In this document: positions 10,270-22,543 of the stretch, piece by piece
Layout: the number at the start of each line of letters is the position of its first letter
How positions within the stretch are numbered: the stretch's first letter is position 1
Origin: Eukaryota sp. TZLM1-RC
Lineage: Eukaryota; Protista; Metamonada: BaSk clade
Direction: 5' to 3'
DNA length: 64,000 bases
NCBI GenBank assembly: GCA_040285825.1
Contig: JAUPSS010000007.1
Location: 2,764,689 to 2,828,688, forward strand
Notes under the pieces: generated by a model
Database searches by the model: none
The model's input: only the letters and a program-made list of their open reading frames with translations
Told to the model about the DNA's origin: nothing
Translations under genes and position numbers: made by a program

Positions 10270-10560
10270 GAAACATGTTCACCATGTGGATTTCCGAAAT
10301 CGACCATATGCTATATCGGTGTATGTACGTCTTGAAAAACTGCAATGAATTTGGGTGATGATTTTGAAAAAATAATATAAAAAAGAATGAATGTTGTGAT
10401 CGTCGTATGTGGTCAAATCGTATTGTTTTTACTATTTTCAAATCAATTCCTAGAATGATTTTGAAAGCTCTAAGGTCTGTCAGTGCTCATTACGTAAACA
10501 TTGATGTTCTACGGTTTGATGGTGTGGAAGCTTGTCTTGAAGATATTGAGTTTTAGACTT
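10270..10560 (+). mobile_element. CRE-like non-LTR 3' fragment (family C)
   Basis: Closely similar to 18145-18450 (ELKHV.HVD...WSNRIVFTIFKSIP...GVEACLEDIEF*). Confidence 0.7.
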
Positions 10561-11124
10561 TAGTTTTTTGAATAAATAAAAAGGTGTTTAAAAAACAATT
10601 CAATTGTGTCGTAAATTTGTGTGAATTGTCAAGCGTTTTCAGATAGTAGGATCATTCAAAATGTATTTCAGGCCATAGTGGCTCAGCTAGATTGATATCG
10701 AATAATTAATATTTGTAAATAATTTAAATTTTAAGACAAATACACTCAGATTTTAAATGATTTTAATAAGAACCTTTACTCGAAGTTTTCGTTTGTTCCT
10801 TTTGCCTTCTCGATTTTTGCCAACATTGAACAGTCTGCCTTAATCATTTTCCATGATTTTGATAACTTATGCCGTTCAAGTGGTAAGAAGTTAGCTGGGT
10901 AATTATGGAAGAATCGTATCATTTTTGCTTTGTACAAAAGTGTTCCCAAGTATTTAAATTGAATGATGTCCATGCTGTATAAGGATTCATCAAGACTTGG
11001 CGTGGAGAATTTTGTTTCTTATGTGCTTTAATTTGTTTTTTCTTTGTTTTTTTTTCTTCGTAGAATAAATGTTTGTTTTTTTCAAATTTAAAATTTATAT
11101 TTTACAGTTGTTTTTCATTCTGTA

Positions 11125-11613
11125 CAGATCAAGATTTTGTAGAGGAAATCTTGGTTCAATGATAGTCGTCCCATTAGTTATGAGTTAATTTAATTAAGTG
11201 TGCAAATTCCATAAATACTTTTTATTCTGTACTCAACAATTTTTTGGCTTCTCAAGTACAAAATCACATGTTCTGTCGTTTCACCTGAGTAATTTCGTCA
11301 GTGCTCCATCATCAAAATTTGCTTTTTTGTATGTTCATCCAAGTTCATTCATTAAAATTTTTCAAAGATTGATACATACAAAAAAGTTATAAGAAAGATA
11401 AAAGCTGTTGGTTAAACCAAATTAAAATTAAGAATTCGGCACTGTTTGTAAATTTCTACTGTTTCATCCTTGGTTCGAGAATTCTAAAATTCAGTTCAAG
11501 AATTTCCGAATATTTTTCCAATTTCTTTTGGATTTCTTTTTTGTTTATTGAATTTGCACACTTAATTAAAATAACTCATAACTAATGGGACGACTATCAT
11601 TGAACAAAGATTT
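11125..11613. repeat. two tail-to-tail copies of the family A non-LTR 3' end, forming an inverted repeat
   Basis: 11125-11216 (+; GAGGAAATCTTGGTTCAATGATAGTCGTCCCATTAGTTATGAG...) and 11544-11613 (-) match the terminus at 33705-33796. Confidence 0.8.
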
Positions 11614-12591
11614 TTTGATTTCATAGTACTGTTGTGAATTTTAACACTTTTAAATTGATGAACAGCCATGAACCTCACATAGACCACATTTTACATGTTC
11701 TTGAAAAGTGTTTGACAAGATGAACAACGCCTTTATAAAATAAAATCTAGAATGGGAGCAAAGTGAACAAGATTTCTCAATCAAATACATAAGATGACAA
11801 CTATAAGAAGCATGTTATTGGGTATAAATTCCAAAATTTGGTCCAAATAAGAACAGAACAACGGTTCACTTTTTTTCGCTATGGGGAGCTTGAATTCAAT
11901 TTACCATCACAAATGATTATTGTTCTTTATTGCCGAATTGTTCTTATTGCGGAAGAAAACTCAACACTTCCATTATCAACTAATTACTTCCTCAAAGGAG
12001 AGGAAACATTGTCAAACACTCTTTGAGCGAGAACAAGTCCAAGAACTTCAACCAATTTACCAAGGCCTTCTTACTAGCGGAAAACAATTCAATTGGGTCA
12101 GGAATTCAACCTGTCTGAATGGCGTTTTGAATACAGACATCCTGAAACTCATCCAACAGTAAACATGCCCCAGGCCCCTATCCTACGTTTAAAGAAAGTG
12201 CAAATCCATGAACCCTGACGGTTTTTGTTCGATTACATTTGATGAAGTTAATTATTTTGAAAATTTAAGAATCATAATGAATGCGCTTGATCAATTTATT
12301 TCCAGTAAGACTGTTCAAGTTTAATTCAATTCAAAACAAACTTTTCAGAACATGAACTGAACTGAACCGGCAATTTATATCTGAGGGAAATATCCTAATT
12401 ATCCTTATTGATTGCAATTAGAAAAATGGTCAAAAGTAGCATCTTGACACATCTGCACCTCAAACCCGTATGTCCAATATTAGCAGGTATATGAAAACGC
12501 ATTGAGAATCAATTGATTATAGATAAATATTGGAAAAATTTACCTTTTTGTGTTCCCTTCATCAACTTCTTGTGCTATCACTTTGTCCCAT

Positions 12592-13437
12592 ATGAATCCA
12601 GATCAACTTTTTGAACAAGCAGAAAAGCGTCTTAAGCGCTTTTTCTCTTTTGGATCCGCCAAATATGAAGATGCTGCTGAACTCTTCGTCCGAGCAGCAA
12701 ACTCTTACAAACTCAAAAAGCAGTGGAGAAAGGCTGGAGATTCTTTCAAAAGAGCAGCAGATTGTGCTACTCATGTAGAAGGTCAAGAGTTTGAAATCGG
12801 TAACCAACTTGCCAATGCTGCCAATTGTTACAAAAAAGTGGACACTTCCCTAGCCGTCAGTTGCTTTAACGAAGCCTCAGAAACCTTTGCAGCCGCTGGC
12901 AGGTTTCAAACTGCCGCAAAACACCTCAAGGATGCTGCTGAATCTATGAAGGCCGATGGGGAGAAACAAGCTGCTATAGATCTGTATGTTGAAGCTGCTT
13001 CCCTGTATGAATCTGAGGATCAGACAAGTTCTTCTCATCAATGTGAACTTGCTGCTGCCGAACTCTACGCCGAGACTGAACAGTTCCTAGATGCTGCCCA
13101 GATCTTTGAAAAGATTGGTCTCTTTGTCCTGGACGATCGCCTCCGTAAGTACAGTGCTCGTGAATACTTTTTGAAAAGCATCCTATGTCATTTGGGCAAT
13201 GGTGACTATGTTGCTGCTGAAATGGCCCTCGATAAGTTTACCAGTGCCGATGGTTCTTTCTCCTCTACTCGCGAATGTGAATTGTCTTCAGCTCTAGTTG
13301 AGGCAGCAAAGAATGGTGAAGAGGAAGATTTTGCTACTGCTATTTATGAGTATGATTCGATAACAAAACTAGATGATTGGAAAACCTCTATTTGTCTTAA
13401 GATTAGGAAACAGCTGGAAAATGCTGATGTTATTTAG
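12592..13437 (+). CDS. SEC17: alpha-soluble NSF attachment protein (alpha-SNAP/Sec17)
   Basis: KYEDAAELFVRAANSYKLKKQW, GRFQTAAKH, FSSTREC, YDSITKLDDWKT are classic SNAP motifs; first ATG at 12592. Confidence 0.96.
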   Translation: MNPDQLFEQAEKRLKRFFSFGSAKYEDAAELFVRAANSYKLKKQWRKAGDSFKRAADCATHVEGQEFEIGNQLANAANCYKKVDTSLAVSCFNEASETFAAAGRFQTAAKHLKDAAESMKADGEKQAAIDLYVEAASLYESEDQTSSSHQCELAAAELYAETEQFLDAAQIFEKIGLFVLDDRLRKYSAREYFLKSILCHLGNGDYVAAEMALDKFTSADGSFSSTRECELSSALVEAAKNGEEEDFATAIYEYDSITKLDDWKTSICLKIRKQLENADVI

Positions 13438-13625
13438 ATTTATTTTTGTTTCTGTATAAATATGTGAGAATATCGTTGTTTTGTATTCTGAAAATATGGG
13501 TTTTGTTAACTTTTTTAGTTCACCAATTCAATATTGTCTGTAACAACAAGTGCCACCAAATGCAAGTCCAGAATTGGCAATGCCATGTCATCATTATACT
13601 GCCACGTCATCACTTGGTCTGGTCA

Positions 13626-13731
13626 GGTTAGGGTTAGGGTTAGAATTGACAACCCCTTATTCATAGTGACGCTCGATAAGTTTACCAGTGCCGATGGTTC
13701 TTTCTCCTCTACTCGCGAATGTGAATTGTCT
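13626..13731 (+). repeat. interstitial (TTAGGG)~3 followed by an exact 60-bp copy of alpha-SNAP coding sequence
   Basis: GGTTAGGGTTAGGGTTAG at 13626-13643; 13672-13731 is identical to 13228-13287. Confidence 0.85.
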
Positions 13732-14559
13732 GGTACAAGTGTAAGAATTTGATTCCATTTACTTGAATTAGTTTTCATCTTAATGTTCTGACTATATGAT
13801 CCTGGACAGGAACTTAGCTCAAATTAGCTCAAAAAATACAACCATTCGGATGATAGTTCTTGATTTGTTGCAAATTCTTGACTTCATGCAGAAAACCGTT
13901 GCTTAATATGTTTGGATTTACAAAATAGCTTCAACGTTGACCGAAGAACTGTTGATGGTGTCAATAGGACACAGTCACTGCGGCACATTAAAATAATGAA
14001 GACATTTGCAAGGGATTACCTCAAATGTGGGCTTATTATTTTTGAATATCGACAGGGAGCTTGTGGAGCATTCAATAATCTTAATAGTTACTCGTCTTGA
14101 ATAAATCTTTGAGGATGCACTTCGAGCCATTGCTCCCAACAGATCCTCTTCACCAGTTTGTTGGTTCCACTGGTGAAGTTTTTGTTCATAGTGTACGTAA
14201 TTCAGGAGGTCATTCAATTATTTCTAGATTGTGTTAATTTTCATTTTAGTTCAAAAAATAACACTATTTTCTTTACTAATTTTGTATACATTTAGTCTTC
14301 TACAAAAAGAAGACTAAAACTACTTAGTGTGGAGGTGAATTTAATCCTTGGAATCAAATGTTGTCTTTGATGCCACATGAAGTGACTTGAGTTTGAATTT
14401 CACAGACAGTCCATCAACTAGCTCTTTTTGTTGTTTTTGTAAAGTGACATTGTGAACGAAAACATCATTCTTCTCTCTCATCGGAAAGGGCAATTCATGA
14501 GCTGCAAATGAGCTATTTGGACACGGCACAAACTGAAAGAAAATGTTTATTAAAAGCAT

Positions 14560-16889
14560 TTACACATTGAAAGAAAAACCAGTCAAAAGAAGCTCAAGAG
14601 CCCGTTCCAGATTGTTATTAGTTCTTCTTAAAGCAATCTCAATATCATTCTCAATAAAGCCCATTGAGATCAATTTCGTGAAATGTGCCTCATTTGGAAT
14701 AAATGGACCTCTATTTTGTTGACGCGGTCTCGATGCTTGAGCGTGTGACTTATAAATTCTTTGATGGACACCAAGCCCTGATGGGTTGGAAGAAACATTA
14801 CTTCTGAAAGGTAAAGCTATGGATTGTGGGATTGGAACACTCCGAATCTTTTTTTGAGTTCCAGAATTAGTCTTCTTTTGAGGTTGGACTGAAGATTGAA
14901 CAATTGCCCGTATCGGTTGGTTTTCAAAATATTTCGTATGACCTTCATTGACTGTTTTATTATTGACCGTCCTGAAAGTGGGTTGAGATTGTTGAGCAGC
15001 TAATCGTCGTCTTTGATCCTCTGAATGTTGATCTACTGATGGATTGGTTCTTGGTTCAACAACAGTCATTGGTTTTGGTGCAGTTGAGGGGAGTTGCTTT
15101 TGCTTATGGTGACCTTTATCGTGCTCAAGGCTGTCACTATCATGACAAAGTTTCTTTGGAATTAAAACTGCAGTTTTCCTAATGAAACATTCATCCTGTT
15201 CATTCGAGCTACTGTCAGTATGGTCACTATCAGTGTTTTCCAACAGATCATGGGAAGTACCTGACAGTCGCTCACTATTATCATCCTCAACTATGGCAGG
15301 AAACTGATCTGCTGAAGAATTATTATCAGGATTAGGTTGTGAAATCTTGGGGTTCATGACGTAAAACATGAAATTGCACAAAGCTGGCTTGAGTTCTTCA
15401 AAATTAACCAAGGGTGAAATTATTTCGTTCAATTGAGTGAAGGAGAATTTTTCAAAATTAAAGGAGTTCAAACACTTGTCAAAAAATTCAACATTCCAAT
15501 CAGAATCTTCTTGACTTTGAGCGGAACTATAAGATTTCACCAAAGTTCTTAACAACCAGTGATCACTATCAAAATGATTGATATTGGTCTGATTTATTTG
15601 ATTAAAGGTACTTGATGATAACGACAGAGATGGAGCATTTCTTATGGCAAACCTTGGTAAAAATTTAGCAAATTCGGTAGAATTTAGACGATTTGCATTT
15701 GCCAAATCAATTGTTTCCAACAACCACTGAGGGTCCTTATTGCGATCTTGAACCTCAGAAAAGCACTTAATAGAGAAGTTAACTAGTAATTGAGCTAAAG
15801 ATTGGTTAGTTTTCAAAGGGATAAATAATTCTGAATACAGAAATTTAAGTAAAATTGGTTTGACTCTCAGTAAATCCAATACTGCAGAGATTTGGTTAAA
15901 ACTAAAGTCTTTTCTGCTTGAATTGGACAAGATTAAGCATTTGATTAACCACTCTACATGTTCTTTTGACTTCAATTGGCCTGATAATTCAATAATTGTC
16001 ACGGGTTCCAGGGCCAAAATTTCACGTTGTCCAAGATCAAAAATGCTAGGAATGTGCTTGACCAAGTTCTTAATACGATCAAACTTTACCCGATCTCCTT
16101 GAATTAACAACCAGAAACACAATTCATTTCTAACCATGCATGGTTTAGTGAAATGTGATAAGAGATCAAGAGAGAAATTCAACAAATCCAATGTTGATTC
16201 ACCAAACTCCCCTAATTTTTGAATTAATTCCTTCCAAATGAAATCAATTTCCATTTGTCTAATCAGTTGAGAGAGTTTCGGAGAACCCCATCAACTTGTT
16301 CAGGGGTGACGTCATCATGTTTAAAAGACTTCACCAGACATTTTAACAACCATTTCGCTGCATTAACTGTTTGTAATTGGATTGAAAGAACCTCCAAAGC
16401 CTCCTCATTGAGAGTTATAGCACTGTCAAACGAAATATTATCTATGAGTGGTGATATCTTCTTGATAAACGTAAAATGACCAACCTCATTAGCACGATCA
16501 ACGACTTGAAGTAGGGCAGGAGCTGAGAGCTTCTCGATAAAAGAGAAAGCATGACACACAATCCCGTGAGCCTCATATAACTCAGCTAGATAGTACAGGT
16601 CAAACACATTTTGTTCAGTAAAAGCCGAAGGTTGGCAGTAGAGACTATCAAGAAATTGTTGGAACAAATCAATACTGAAAGGATGTGCATCAAGTTTGAT
16701 ATGTGACATGTCTTTCTCCTCGGCTAAAGACAAACTTAACATTTTGAAAAAGAATTTAGAGAAGGCCGATACCACTACTCGATGTACAGGGAAGTTTTGC
16801 CCTTTGTATTCGAGAACTACGTCATAGAACTCACTGAATTGGTATAGTGTGGAGACAAGATCTGTTAAAGTATCCTAGAAGCAGGTCAT
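14560..16889 (-). pseudogene. BTB/POZ ... UBA domain gene, interrupted (in-frame TAG at codon 5; stop and frameshift near 16255-16265)
   Basis: YDVVLEYKGQNFPVHRVVVSAFSKFFFKM (BTB) upstream of ORF 16263..16775. The C-terminus of ORF 14560..16254, KLISMGFIENDIEIALRRTNNNLERALELLL, is a UBA domain. The downstream 564-aa ORF could still be expressed alone. Confidence 0.65.
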
Positions 16890-17719
16890 TCTGAGCAAAA
16901 TTTGCATTGTTAACATTTGAAGTTCACATCTGTTATACGCAGGATTTCGATTTGAGTTGCGTCGAAATCCTAAGTTCAAGAGATTAAGAACATGTATTCC
17001 AGCAGGTAATATCATTTGCCTGGCAAAAAAAGCCCACTTAAACTTGCAGGAAGCCATTTGACCTCTCTATAATAATTTAACTCACCCCTTGTTTGCCTTC
17101 AACGAACTCTTTCTTTGAAAAGACGTTGGCGAACAGAAGCAGAACAATAAAATACCCAATTAAAGCTCCACATCCTCAAAACCTGCCTCATCTAAATCGA
17201 AACAGTTAATTACTAAAGATTCAGAACCCAAATAAAAAAAGTAAACCAATTGGATTTGAAATTATCAAGAACAGTTGATATATGAAAAAAGCTATAAAAT
17301 CTCCTAAATCTATCAAAAATGATGGGAAAAAATAGTATCGATCAATCATGTTCAGTATCGATCAACGACTTGAATCGGCAATTCGATTTTGACACTCCCT
17401 GCGGTGACACAATATTAGACAACAATTTCAATTTTATATATTTAAAATTACACAATTTTAGCAATTTTAGACCTTTCCACCAATATTTTGTCCTTGTCAA
17501 TGATTTCTTTATTATTTTTTTAGTTTTTATTATTATTATTATTATTATTTCGTTTTTAGAGACACCTCACTCCTACTTAGACAGTTCCTTCCTTGAACTC
17601 TGAAAACCTTGCAGATTATTCAACAACAGATTACTTTTCTGTCACTGTTCCATCAGATAGACTTCGGCAATCACTTGTTAGCTTAAGAATTTGATTTCTT
17701 TGCACACTTGAATAGTTTT

Positions 17720-18450
17720 TCATCTTGTTATTTATGGCCTTGTGATTTGCCCAATGATTTGTTTTGCAAATGTGGAGCTGGTTTGACATTATCACATTTA
17801 TTCAATTACAAAAGATTTATTTCTTATCGTTCTACATTGCATGATGCAGTCAGAGATCAACTCCATGCAATGCGTAGTTCCTTTAATATTGAATCATTTG
17901 TATGATGAATCATTTGGATGAGAACAGCTGTTGAGTGCTCCTAAAATAAATAAAAATTTATGAAATTCAAAATATGGAAAACGACGTGTTGATGTTGTTG
18001 TGCCCTCATTTGTTGATGTTTTGAATGTTGTTGATGTAATAACAATGGATATTTGAAAGAAAATACCTCGAAAAATGCACAATCTGAAGTATCCCGCCTT
18101 GATGATTCGAAATTGTGCAAACACAAGAAATATGCAAATACTTTGAAAGAATTGAAACATGTTCGCCATGTAGATTACCCAATTTGCCCATTTGCTATGT
18201 CGTTGTATGGTCGTCTTGGAAAAACTGCTATGAATTTTATTGATGATTTTGAAAATCAGGTAAAAAAGAACAATGAATATGCTTTTTGATTGTTGTATTT
18301 GGTTAAATCGTATTGTTGTTACTATTTTCAGATCAATTCCTAAAATGATTTCGAAAGCTTTGATGTCTGTCAGTGCACATTGCGATGACATTGATGCTGT
18401 ACGGTTTGATAGTGTGGAAGCTTGTTTTGAAGATATTGAGTTTTAGACTG
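17720..18450 (+). mobile_element. CRE-like non-LTR 3' fragment (family C) with CCHC-type finger and RLE remnants
   Basis: CKCG...SHLFN...RSTLHDAVRD, K..KY, PFAMSLYGRLG; frameshifted. Confidence 0.75.
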
Positions 18451-18576
18451 CTTTTGAAAGTATATTACATTTAATAACTTTCTCAAACACTGAATTTACT
18501 ATTTGAAGTACAGACACAACCTTTGATTTCATTATTTTGTCCAAGTGAAAACAATGAACTGGAAACCAGCATGTTA

Positions 18577-19069
18577 TATGAGTTTTTTTGACAAGTGAAC
18601 AAGTTTAATAAATAGAAACATTTCCTGAAAGGAATTAAAAGTCACCAAATAAATACAAATAGGATACCTACAGGAAACCTCTGAATATCAGTTCCAGCTA
18701 TAACGGCTGGTTAACTGTATTGGATATGTAAAACAGAGGATCTATAGTCTTAATTAAAAGTCAACATTGGTGTATCCTGAATTTGTATTCTAATTTATCA
18801 GTGTGAAGAAGTCGACGAATTATGTGGGTTAGAGTATTGTAAAGGGCACAATAAGCTTCCTTGAAATCATTGGAACAATATTGAAAGATGTAATGTAGAC
18901 ATATCCTCTCAACTGGCAAGGAGTTCCGTGCTAAATCAACATTTTAGCTGGAAGTGATATTCAGAGGTATCCTATAGGTAATTTATTTGTATTTATTTGG
19001 TGACTTTTGATTTCTTTTAGGAAATGTTTCTTTTTATTAAACTTGTACACTTGACAAAATAAACTCATA
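18577..19069. repeat. imperfect ~125-bp inverted repeat with ~240-bp spacer (foldback/MITE-like)
   Basis: 18577-18703 is the approximate reverse complement of 18941-19069 (e.g. AAAAGTCACCAAATAAATACAAATA / TATTTGTATTTATTTGGTGACTTTT). Confidence 0.8.
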
Positions 19070-19732
19070 AATAACGGGATGAAATTCATTGAACCAAGAT
19101 TTCCTCTACAAAATCTTGATCTGCTTGTAAAAGATTTCCAGTACTTGAAATGTCAAACTACGACATTTGTCGAACACAATCATAATCTGTTTCAAGATTG
19201 ATAAACTTAGTCTCTGCATAGGTCAAATAGATGGCAATTTTGTAATGACAAGTTGCATTTGTGGGGATTGTTTCTAATTCTAAAAGCATTCAATTATTAT
19301 CGACAACATGAACAAAAAGGCAAGCTCACTATCCTCAGTGGGTCAGTTTGGTTCCATCAACTTCGTCGACTCGAATAACACGATCTTCAAACTCGAAAAC
19401 AGCTGTTTTTGTTGTATCTAAAAATGTCATCGACCTCGAGAATAATAGAACCTTCTTCGTGAGAAACTACATCCCTTTCTACTTTACCCTGTGGGAAAAC
19501 AAATGAAAAGAAAAAGTCAATAGTTTTGATTGACACACAATAAATTCGTGTTCGAATTAGCCTTGTTTTCAAAATTTGGGACAAACAAGGCTTCCTTACT
19601 TACTCATTTTTTGTCTTTCATGTGATATATTAGCAGATAGTTCTGCATACTAAGAAAATTAGAAGCACAATAACAAAACAATCACAGTAGCATAGATAAC
19701 AAATCCGGTGATTTTTTTAAGCATATAGATAA

Positions 19733-22295
19733 TTAAAGATCTGAGAGAACAGATAACAATTGAGAAATATCAGGAAATCCTAGAGTGTCAGGACAACAAT
19801 AGTAAACTTTGGTAGGATTTCCTGCCAATGGTAAATAATCAAGCTTGGTCTTGGGAACAGTCGCTGTTCTAAGTGATATAACCAAACCTAAAGAAACAAC
19901 TCCGTGAAGGTCAGGAGCAAACAGGTTGGAAACAATCGTATTGAAAGCAAGTCTTGATGTTGCTTTTATTTGAATTCTGACAATTCCAATCACATTTGCG
20001 GCACTTTTGTTATTTATAAGACCCTGAACAAAACTATTGGGATCTGTTTCTTCATGAACGGATTAATGGACCATTGGTAAAATTGCATCTATACCAGGAT
20101 TGTTGACGGGCATAAGAAGTAGAGTACGTTCCTTAAAGGCTGTCCAAAGTCGAGAATACAACACAGCATAGTCCTCAAATTCATTTTTTCTGTCAAAACC
20201 TCTAACTGGGTGGCTGATAAACGCCATTGGTTGAAAGCAAATTCAACTTGTGATTGGGCATCACAATAAGACGGCGTAGAAGGTTTATTACAAGTCCCAA
20301 GTTGTCTGAATTCAAATACCCCAACCTCCCGCATTTTGCAACTGAGAAACAACTCGAAGGATGTTAAAGTTAGAAAAGGAACATCTGAAGCAATGTTTTG
20401 AGACACTTTGCAACGTTGAAGATGAAACAGCAACATGAGGCAAGCAAATGACTCCATCAGCAAACCAAGAGAGCTGGCACTGATGGGAACAGGTAGGAAT
20501 GACACCAAAACGTTCTTGGCGGCTCTGTTGAATTGTTCGTCAGTTTCCAGATAAGACCATAAAAAGCTCATGACAAGAGGATCTTTTAGTGGGCGGCACT
20601 TGTAAAGATAAGGAAGTGACTGAGCAACATTCTCAGGTAAGTTCACCCCCTCAAGTACATGAAAGCTATTTTCCACAACTTCACAAATAACATTGTGAGA
20701 AACCAAACCACAATTGGCCACAAGAGTGAGAAAAGCGCCAGTGGATGCTCCTAATTTAAAAGATTTCATAGCGTTATCTACTTTACCCCGAATGGCCGGT
20801 AAAAAATTGAAAAATCGGTTAACTGCAGCATAAGCTGTCCATATAGGACGAACGGTTGTGCAATCTGATATAGTGAAAAGAGGGGCTATGTGTGTATCAG
20901 GTGAATAACGTTCAGAGTACAAGGAGGGATCCAAGGCAGTAAAAACAGTCATGCAAGGTGGAATTGTGTGAGCCTTGAAAATTGGTACAAGTAAATACAA
21001 AGAAGGTTGTGGAAGACGATAGGACGAAACATTGATAGTATCCAAAACAAATCCTTTAAGCGACATATGAGTGCCAGATACTAAAGCCATAACTGGCTTT
21101 AAAGTAGCTAGATTACGAATACCATATCGCAAGCAACGATATAAATTCCATTGAGGACCAAGTTGAATGTGTGAAGTAAAGGAAGAGCTGAACAATAAAG
21201 TTCCAACTTCATCAAGACATACCACATACTTTTCCATTGGCAAGTCTTGAATAAGAGATTCTACAAACTGAGCATGATCCTCGTTTTCAAAAGGTTGCTT
21301 GCACGATTTCATAAAGGAAAGAAACCTGGAAGATGTACTAGAAATAATGCTCTTTGAATACTTCATCCAATCATCAGCAGTGTTTAATGAAATAGTGTCC
21401 AGCGGGGATTCTTTCAAGATTTCAACAATATGACACTCAAGATAAATGACCACAACAGCAATACGCTGTTCTAGGCTATAAGATTCATCTGAAGGAATAG
21501 AATCCTGAAATATTTTCGATAATTTCACAGTGGGTGGCCAAGTGTAACAGACATTTTCAGAGTTGTTGAAGGAATAGTATCCTGAAATATTTCCGATAAT
21601 TTCACAGTGGGTGGCCAAGTGTAACAGACATTTTCAGAGTTGTTTCTATTTTATTCTAATCTAGGAAATGAAAAGTATGATATTCCAGTGTCGGGATGAT
21701 GAAAAGTCTTCACACATTCCAACATTAAGGGCGTTTTCCCAAGACCAGTAGAGTTGACGATAGGGAGTACCGGAGAATGATAATTGTTCAATAACATCTT
21801 AAAGTTGTCTAGGTAATGATAAAGTGTACTCGAAAGCTTGCTTCGAGGGTCACCATCTGAACATTGATAGATCTTATTGAGAAGAGGATCAGTCCCGTAG
21901 GGTGGTAATGATTGTGCTTCAGGAGTTGGTGGTGGAGGAGGTGTTTGACGAACATCAAGAGTGACCACACGGTGTCTATCCTGTAAAAAGTGGACCACAT
22001 TATCATTATCAGAATCACGTTGTATGTATGTACTTTGTGAAATAGGTGAGTAAACATCATGAGATAGATGGGACTTCTGGACGATATTGAGGAGTTTAAA
22101 TTTCAGCTTGCCATGCAATCGATGACCTTCACCAGCATCCAAGAACTCCAACACATCACAAAGCCTAGAAGAATGCAACACATGTACAGCACTTACATCA
22201 TGGAACTTTCTTCTATATGAGGCTTCTTCTGTAATACTGGAGATGTCATTGTGGCAGACAGTGACTTTAGCAAAAAAAATGTGTATTGTCAACAC
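19733..22295 (-). pseudogene. P-loop NTPase plus probable restriction-endonuclease-like C-terminus (Crinkler/RHS-type architecture), disrupted
   Basis: Walker A PIVNSTGLGKT, Walker B VVCLDEVGTL, ALVSGTH, and C-terminal IGIVRIQIK. Broken by a stop at 21651, a 77-bp tandem duplication at 21491-21644 and a further break near 20089. Confidence 0.6.
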
Positions 22296-22543
22296 TGATG
22301 TGTTGGGGCTGTGATTTTCTTAATACAAAAAGTGATTTAACAATTCCTCCAGTCAATTCTTCTTGGCTTATTTGGGTTATGAAGACATAGAATTTTAACC
22401 TTGTCGTATAGTTTGTTTTTTATTGTAATAAAAATAAAAAATAAAAAAATGATTTAACAATTTGGGTATAAGTTTGCAAAAATGTTTGGGTAAGATACAC
22501 CTACGATATACAAGTTCCATATCATATATTCCACCCCAAAAAC

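Noticed and set aside
13850-14340. Possible transposase or recombinase remnant
   Set aside because: Short broken ORFs with no catalytic motif I can support.
16875-16877. Stop-codon reassignment suggested by in-frame TAG/TGA in the BTB gene
   Set aside because: Conserved genes here end normally in TAG (alpha-SNAP, THG1), TAA (V-ATPase E) and TGA (CZIB) and have no internal stops.
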